Notes under the pieces: model-generated
The model's database searches: none
What the model saw: the letters and a program-made list of their open reading frames with translations, nothing else
What the model was told of the DNA's origin: nothing
Part shown: piece after piece, positions 59,654-64,000 of the stretch
Position numbering within the stretch: position 1 is the first letter of the stretch
Layout of the letters: each line of letters opens with the position of its first letter
Origin: an uncultured Desulfospira sp.
Lineage (GTDB): Bacteria > Desulfobacterota > Desulfobacteria > Desulfobacterales > Desulfobacteraceae
NCBI GenBank assembly: GCA_963663165.1
Contig: OY760175.1
Coordinates: 6,176,001-6,240,000 of the forward strand
Direction of reading: 5' to 3'
Length of the DNA: 64,000 nt
Translations under genes and position numbers: made by a program

Positions 59654-61174
59654 TTAAGATTCCATCTTTCTGGAACCGGCCATCATCAGGCCGATATCGT
59701 CAAGCTTGGGGTCATCCGCTTCTAAAATCCCCATAAACTGCCCTTCAAACATCACCGCTATCCGGTCGCACAGTTCAAAAATTTCTTCAAGGTCTTCTGA
59801 AAACAGCAGGACACAGGTCCCTTTTTTGCGAAGATCAATGAGGTGCTCCCTTAAAAACTGGGTGGCGCCCACATCAAGGCCGTAGGTGGGATGGGAGGCC
59901 ACCAGAAGCTGGGGCTGTTCACTGATTTCCCGGCCTAATATCAATTTCTGGATATTGCCGCCGGAAAGGTTTCTGATCTGGTTGTGAATGGAATGGGTGG
60001 ACACATGAAACTCATGGATCAGGTTCCTGGCATGTTCCTTCACCTGGCTGTACTTTAAAAAATACCGTTTGGAGAACTTTTTCAAGTGGTGCTGCTTTAA
60101 AATGGCATTGTCATATAGGAACAGCCCGGGGGCAATACCGAAACGGATTCTTTCTTCAGGCACATGGGAGACCCCGTTGTCATAGATCTGCCGGGCGGTC
60201 TTGTTGGTGATGTCCCGGCCGCAGACCTTTATGTTTCCCGAATCCACCTTTCGGATTCCGGTGATGGCTTCGGCCAGTTCCCTCTGGCCGTTTCCGGACA
60301 CCCCGGCAATGCCGAAAATTTCATTGCCGTACAGCTGGAAATTCACGCCCCTGACCGCCGGCAGCCCCTTGTCTCCGGTCACATGAATATGGTCCACATC
60401 CAGAATCAGTTTGCCCTGATCCAGTTTTTCTTTGGCAATATTGAAGACCACGTCCCGGCCCACCATCATCCGGGCAAGGGCGGTTTTGTCGGTGTCAGAC
60501 GTCTTGGCATGGCCCACGATTTTTCCCTTTTGCAGGACTGTTACCCGGTCACAGATGTCCATAATTTCATCGAGCTTGTGGGAAATAAAGATCACCAGAT
60601 GGCCCTGGGCCTTCATCTGCCGTAAGATATCGATAAATTCCCCGACTTCCTGGGGGGTCAGCACCGAGGTGGGCTCGTCCAAAATCAACAGGTCCGCACC
60701 GTTCATCAGGGCCTTGATGATTTCAATGCGCTGCTGCTCGCCGGCGGAAAGCTGCCAGACTTTCTGGCGTAAATCCACATTAAGGTTAAACTGCCGGGAA
60801 AAGTCATTTACCTTTTCCCGGATCTTGACCTTGGGAAGGAAAAAGGGGGTATCCTTGTACCCTAAGGCAATATTTTCAATGACCGAATGGTTCTGAATCA
60901 GCATGAAATGCTGGTGGACCATGCCGATGCCGTGGTTGATGGACTCCACCGGGTTCCGGATCACCACCGGCTTGCCGTTGATTTCAATGGCACCGGCATC
61001 GGGCTGATAAATCCCGTACAGGATATTCATCAGCGTGGTTTTGCCGGCCCCGTTTTCCCCTAAGAGCCCGAGGATTTCCCCGGACTCCACATGAAGGTTG
61101 ATATCCTGGTTGGCGTGAATCCCATGAAATGATTTGGATATCCCCTTCATTTCAAGGCGCTGAATTTTGCTCAT
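59654..61174 (-). CDS. Nucleoside-type ABC transporter ATP-binding protein
   Basis: GENGAGKT, VHQHF, LSGGNIQK; the likely start is MSKIQ at 61174 because the longer ORF runs through repeat A. Confidence 0.9.
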   Translation of the reverse strand: MSKIQRLEMKGISKSFHGIHANQDINLHVESGEILGLLGENGAGKTTLMNILYGIYQPDAGAIEINGKPVVIRNPVESINHGIGMVHQHFMLIQNHSVIENIALGYKDTPFFLPKVKIREKVNDFSRQFNLNVDLRQKVWQLSAGEQQRIEIIKALMNGADLLILDEPTSVLTPQEVGEFIDILRQMKAQGHLVIFISHKLDEIMDICDRVTVLQKGKIVGHAKTSDTDKTALARMMVGRDVVFNIAKEKLDQGKLILDVDHIHVTGDKGLPAVRGVNFQLYGNEIFGIAGVSGNGQRELAEAITGIRKVDSGNIKVCGRDITNKTARQIYDNGVSHVPEERIRFGIAPGLFLYDNAILKQHHLKKFSKRYFLKYSQVKEHARNLIHEFHVSTHSIHNQIRNLSGGNIQKLILGREISEQPQLLVASHPTYGLDVGATQFLREHLIDLRKKGTCVLLFSEDLEEIFELCDRIAVMFEGQFMGILEADDPKLDDIGLMMAGSRKMES

Positions 61175-61202
61175 AATCAATCTATTGCCTGAAGGAAACC
61201 CC

Positions 61203-61328
61203 GTGTTTGGGCGAAAAGTTGCCCAGATGCAAGGCACAGAAAAATTTGCAACCGGAGCAACCTTTGGGGTTGTGAGGATTGCAGATTTTTCTGTAACGCA
61301 GCAGATGGGTGACTTTTCGTTCAAACAC
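61203..61328. repeat. Palindromic repeat family A copy 4
   Basis: Same ends; its last base is part of the BMP TAG stop. Confidence 0.9.
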
Positions 61329-62485
61329 TACTTAGGGATGTCGCCCACTATGTTGTCTACATAGTACATAATACTCAACAGCTGTTCCTTGGTAGCCGTT
61401 TCCCCTTCCTTGATCTGAACATTGCCTTTGTTGTCCACAATGGGGCCGGTGAACGGCTCAAATTCTTCAGACCCTTCTTTCATTTTGCCATATATTTTCA
61501 TGACCAGGTTATATGCCGTGGTATGTCCGAATACCGGGCATTCCACCATGGCCTGCTTTAACGCAGGGACAAACTTGGGGTTGATGGGGTCTGTGGTAGA
61601 CCCTCCCAAAAGGGCGGCCTTTTCCTTTGCCAGCCACCAGATATCTTCACTTTTCCATGTGCCGTTATGGATGTCTTCCAGGACTTTGGCATACATGCCG
61701 GTCCAGTCCATGAGCTGGCCAGACACCACAGAGTCTTCTCCATAGGCCTGCATGGGGGAATAATGGGAAAAGGTATAAATCTGCTGCCCTTTTTCACAAT
61801 GATCCTGGCCGACTTCGATAACGGCGGGGGTATCTTCGGTAAAGGCTAAGGCATCGCACCCTTCCGTTATCAGTGCTTCAGCCGCTTCTTTGGCCTTGTC
61901 CGGTCCGACCCAGGCGTTGATCCACTTGACATGGACTTTGGCTTTGGGATTGGCGGCTTTAACCCCTAAGGCATAGGCATCAATATGGCGGATGACTTCA
62001 GGAATGGGGAAGGCGCCCACATAACCGATTTTATTGGTTTTGGTCAAAGCCCCGGCCATGATGCCGTTCAGATAGTATATCTGGTACAGGTCACCGAAAT
62101 AGGTGCCTAGGTTTTCGGCCCGTTTAAACCCGGAACAGTGCATGAAAATTTTATCGGGATACCGTTTGGCGGCCTTTACGGTGTCTTCCATATATCCAAA
62201 GCTGGTGGTGAATACCACATCGCACTTCTGCTGCTGGACAAGGCGGTCAATAATCCTCGCGCTGTCGGATTCACCAATGGATTCAACATAGATAAACTCA
62301 ACCCAGGGGTACTTTTCCTCAAGGGTCTTTCTGGCCTGGTCATGGGCATAGGTCCAGCCGTAATCCCCGGCTGATCCGATATATACCAGCCCGACTTTAA
62401 GTTTTTTATCCTGGGCCCATGCCCCTGCCGTAACGCACAGGAACAAAAGCGAGCAAGCCAGAAAAAGCGAAGTCCATTTTTTCAT
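61328..62485 (-). CDS. BMP-family ABC substrate-binding protein
   Basis: DYGWTYAH, TSFGY, FPIPEV. Confidence 0.9.
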   Translation of the reverse strand: MKKWTSLFLACSLLFLCVTAGAWAQDKKLKVGLVYIGSAGDYGWTYAHDQARKTLEEKYPWVEFIYVESIGESDSARIIDRLVQQQKCDVVFTTSFGYMEDTVKAAKRYPDKIFMHCSGFKRAENLGTYFGDLYQIYYLNGIMAGALTKTNKIGYVGAFPIPEVIRHIDAYALGVKAANPKAKVHVKWINAWVGPDKAKEAAEALITEGCDALAFTEDTPAVIEVGQDHCEKGQQIYTFSHYSPMQAYGEDSVVSGQLMDWTGMYAKVLEDIHNGTWKSEDIWWLAKEKAALLGGSTTDPINPKFVPALKQAMVECPVFGHTTAYNLVMKIYGKMKEGSEEFEPFTGPIVDNKGNVQIKEGETATKEQLLSIMYYVDNIVGDIPK

Positions 62486-62717
62486 CTATTGTTTCTCCTT
62501 ATCATTACAGGTTAAAAATATCCCGGGATCATACGATATTTCTTTGTTTACCGTCAAGAAAAGGTCATCCTCAACTTAAAGTTATTTTCACTGAACCGCG
62601 CTTTTGAAAGATGAGTTTCAAGGCCGGTTTCAGGTCTGCCGGGCCGTTGGCGGGGCTGATATTTTTTCTCGACAGAACATTTAAAATATGGTTGTATAAA
62701 TTTTTGCGTATCAACCA

Positions 62718-63164
62718 ATGAAAAGTGCAGTTGGGGAATTCATGTCAAACTTGAAAGAAGTTCTAAAACAATCGCCCGTATTTGGCTGCCTGGATGATAA
62801 TGACCTTGACATCATGATTCCATGGTTTGATCAACGGACCTTATGTACGGCAGATGTCCTGAGCAGCCGGGGAGATCCGGCCCAGTATTTTTTCCTGTTG
62901 GAAAAAGGAACCCTGATGCTGGAGCTGGACCAGGGAAAGGCCGTTGTCCTGGACAAATGCGGGGACTTTGCCGGACTGGAACTGATGGCCGCCCGCGGGA
63001 TTTACAAAGCCACGGCCACGGCCCTTGCACCGGGACGGGTGTATACGGTTTTGAGACAAAATTTTTACGAGTTTATTCAAGGGGTCACACCGGCGGCCGC
63101 CGCCGTGATGTCTGCCTGGCAGACCGTTCTTGAACAGACGGCCGGATTTGCCAGAAATTCATGA
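62718..63164 (+). CDS. Cyclic-nucleotide-binding (Crp-like) domain protein
   Basis: GDPAQYFFLLEKG, GDFAG..Y.ATA; no HTH; may start at 62742. Confidence 0.7.
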   Translation: MKSAVGEFMSNLKEVLKQSPVFGCLDDNDLDIMIPWFDQRTLCTADVLSSRGDPAQYFFLLEKGTLMLELDQGKAVVLDKCGDFAGLELMAARGIYKATATALAPGRVYTVLRQNFYEFIQGVTPAAAAVMSAWQTVLEQTAGFARNS

Positions 63165-63328
63165 ACTATCCCTGTTCCCATCAGTGGGTTAACAGCTAAA
63201 GGCTAACAGCTAAAGAGACTGAAGACTGAAGGTGGATAGACTGAAGGGTAATAGGACAAAATCAGTTCAGATACTTCAGCCTAAACCCCCTCAGCCTAAA
63301 AAGCTAAAAGCTAAAGGAGACACCGATC

Positions 63329-63769
63329 GTGTACGGATTAGAAGCCATCAATGCCAATAACGGCTGGGCCATATCAGTCGTGGGCATCACCATTGTGTTT
63401 TCAGGGCTGGTCATGCTTTCTCTGTTGATTTCCCAGCTGTACAAGGTCCTTGAGTTTTATGACAACCCTGAGAAACTCAACGCCTTGTTCCGGCAGCAGA
63501 AAAAACATTCCGAGAATCAGATGCCCGACCGGGCCGCATTAATCGAAACCCTGACCCTGGAGCAGAAGGAAACCTTTAAACAGATTGCCCTGCTTGTCCG
63601 GACCATGGAGGATCATTTTTCCCTTCCACGGCTGCTTCATTTAGCACGGATCAGCGGGTTAACAGACCCCCATTCCCATTTGAACCTTCTGCTTGAACTT
63701 GGCATTATCGCTGCCGACCAGAAGGGATATTTCTGCTGGAATCAGGACCTATTTGAACAGGCCGTTTAA
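63329..63769 (+). CDS. OadG-family decarboxylase subunit
   Basis: GITIVFSGLVML TM; immediately upstream of oadB. Confidence 0.7.
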   Translation: MYGLEAINANNGWAISVVGITIVFSGLVMLSLLISQLYKVLEFYDNPEKLNALFRQQKKHSENQMPDRAALIETLTLEQKETFKQIALLVRTMEDHFSLPRLLHLARISGLTDPHSHLNLLLELGIIAADQKGYFCWNQDLFEQAV

Positions 63770-63814
63770 CCGGCCCACATTGAATCCGGTCTTCATACAG
63801 AAAAAGGATATGAC

Positions 63815-64000
63815 ATGGACGCCCTATTTTTAGAATTTTTTCAAAACACAGGATTCTATTTATGCGATTACCGGAACATCATCATGATCATTATCGGGAT
63901 GGTGTTTATTTATCTTGGCATTGCCAAGGATTACGAGCCCTTGCTCCTGGTCCCCATCGGGTTTGGCATGCTGGTGGGCAATATCCCCATCTTTAAAGGC
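63815..64000 (+). CDS. oadB: Na+-translocating decarboxylase beta subunit (5' part, runs off window)
   Basis: MDALFLEFFQNTGF...YLGIAKDYEPLLLVPIGFGMLVGNIP. Confidence 0.85.
   Translation, partial: MDALFLEFFQNTGFYLCDYRNIIMIIIGMVFIYLGIAKDYEPLLLVPIGFGMLVGNIPIFKG

Noticed and set aside
61175..61324. N-terminal extension of the ABC ATPase (MNEKSPICC...) and similar ORFs at 2977..3378, 17268..17531 and 55060..55242
   Set aside because: These are translations of repeat family A, not real protein sequence
1..64000. CRISPR array
   Set aside because: No regularly spaced 25-40-bp repeats with unique spacers; the repeats found are dispersed palindromes or heptamer tracts, and there are no cas genes

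Overview
The window is a chromosomal segment whose gene content suggests a sulfate-reducing Desulfobacteraceae-like deltaproteobacterium (inference). Housekeeping and metabolic genes include a PhnD-like binding protein plus MCP, an HDOD-GAF-GGDEF protein, a YbhGFSR/CecR-type efflux operon, aconitase, tsaC, a purD-purE fusion, ddl, a divergent EF-G paralog, a BMP-type ABC transporter and oadGB. Two clusters of unresolved function stand out. (i) At 14.7-23.7 kb, pxpABC + TRAP + GntR sit divergent from a stand-alone biotin carrier, a biotin carboxylase and a creatininase-family hydrolase. (ii) At 32-36.6 kb, a Rossmann-PAS histidine kinase, a sigma-54 regulator and an archaemetzincin converge on a sigma-54-driven, lysine-less GcvH-like protein with two 4-Cys motifs. 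The accessory region at 26-31.6 kb contains a near-perfect duplication of the aconitase 3' end around a PIN toxin-antitoxin pair, followed by decayed PEP-CTERM/CHASE2 signalling remnants. The accessory region at 39-46.9 kb contains a tRNA-Leu(CAA) island with an integrase, a DUF4160/DUF2442 pair and an ISKra4-like element whose DUF4338/DruA-like passenger is interrupted by IS200. At least three families of miniature inverted-repeat elements (two with clear target-site duplications), REP-like hairpins and many heptamer arrays are present. No CRISPR array or rRNA was seen. Family assignments come from motif recognition by eye, not from database searches.
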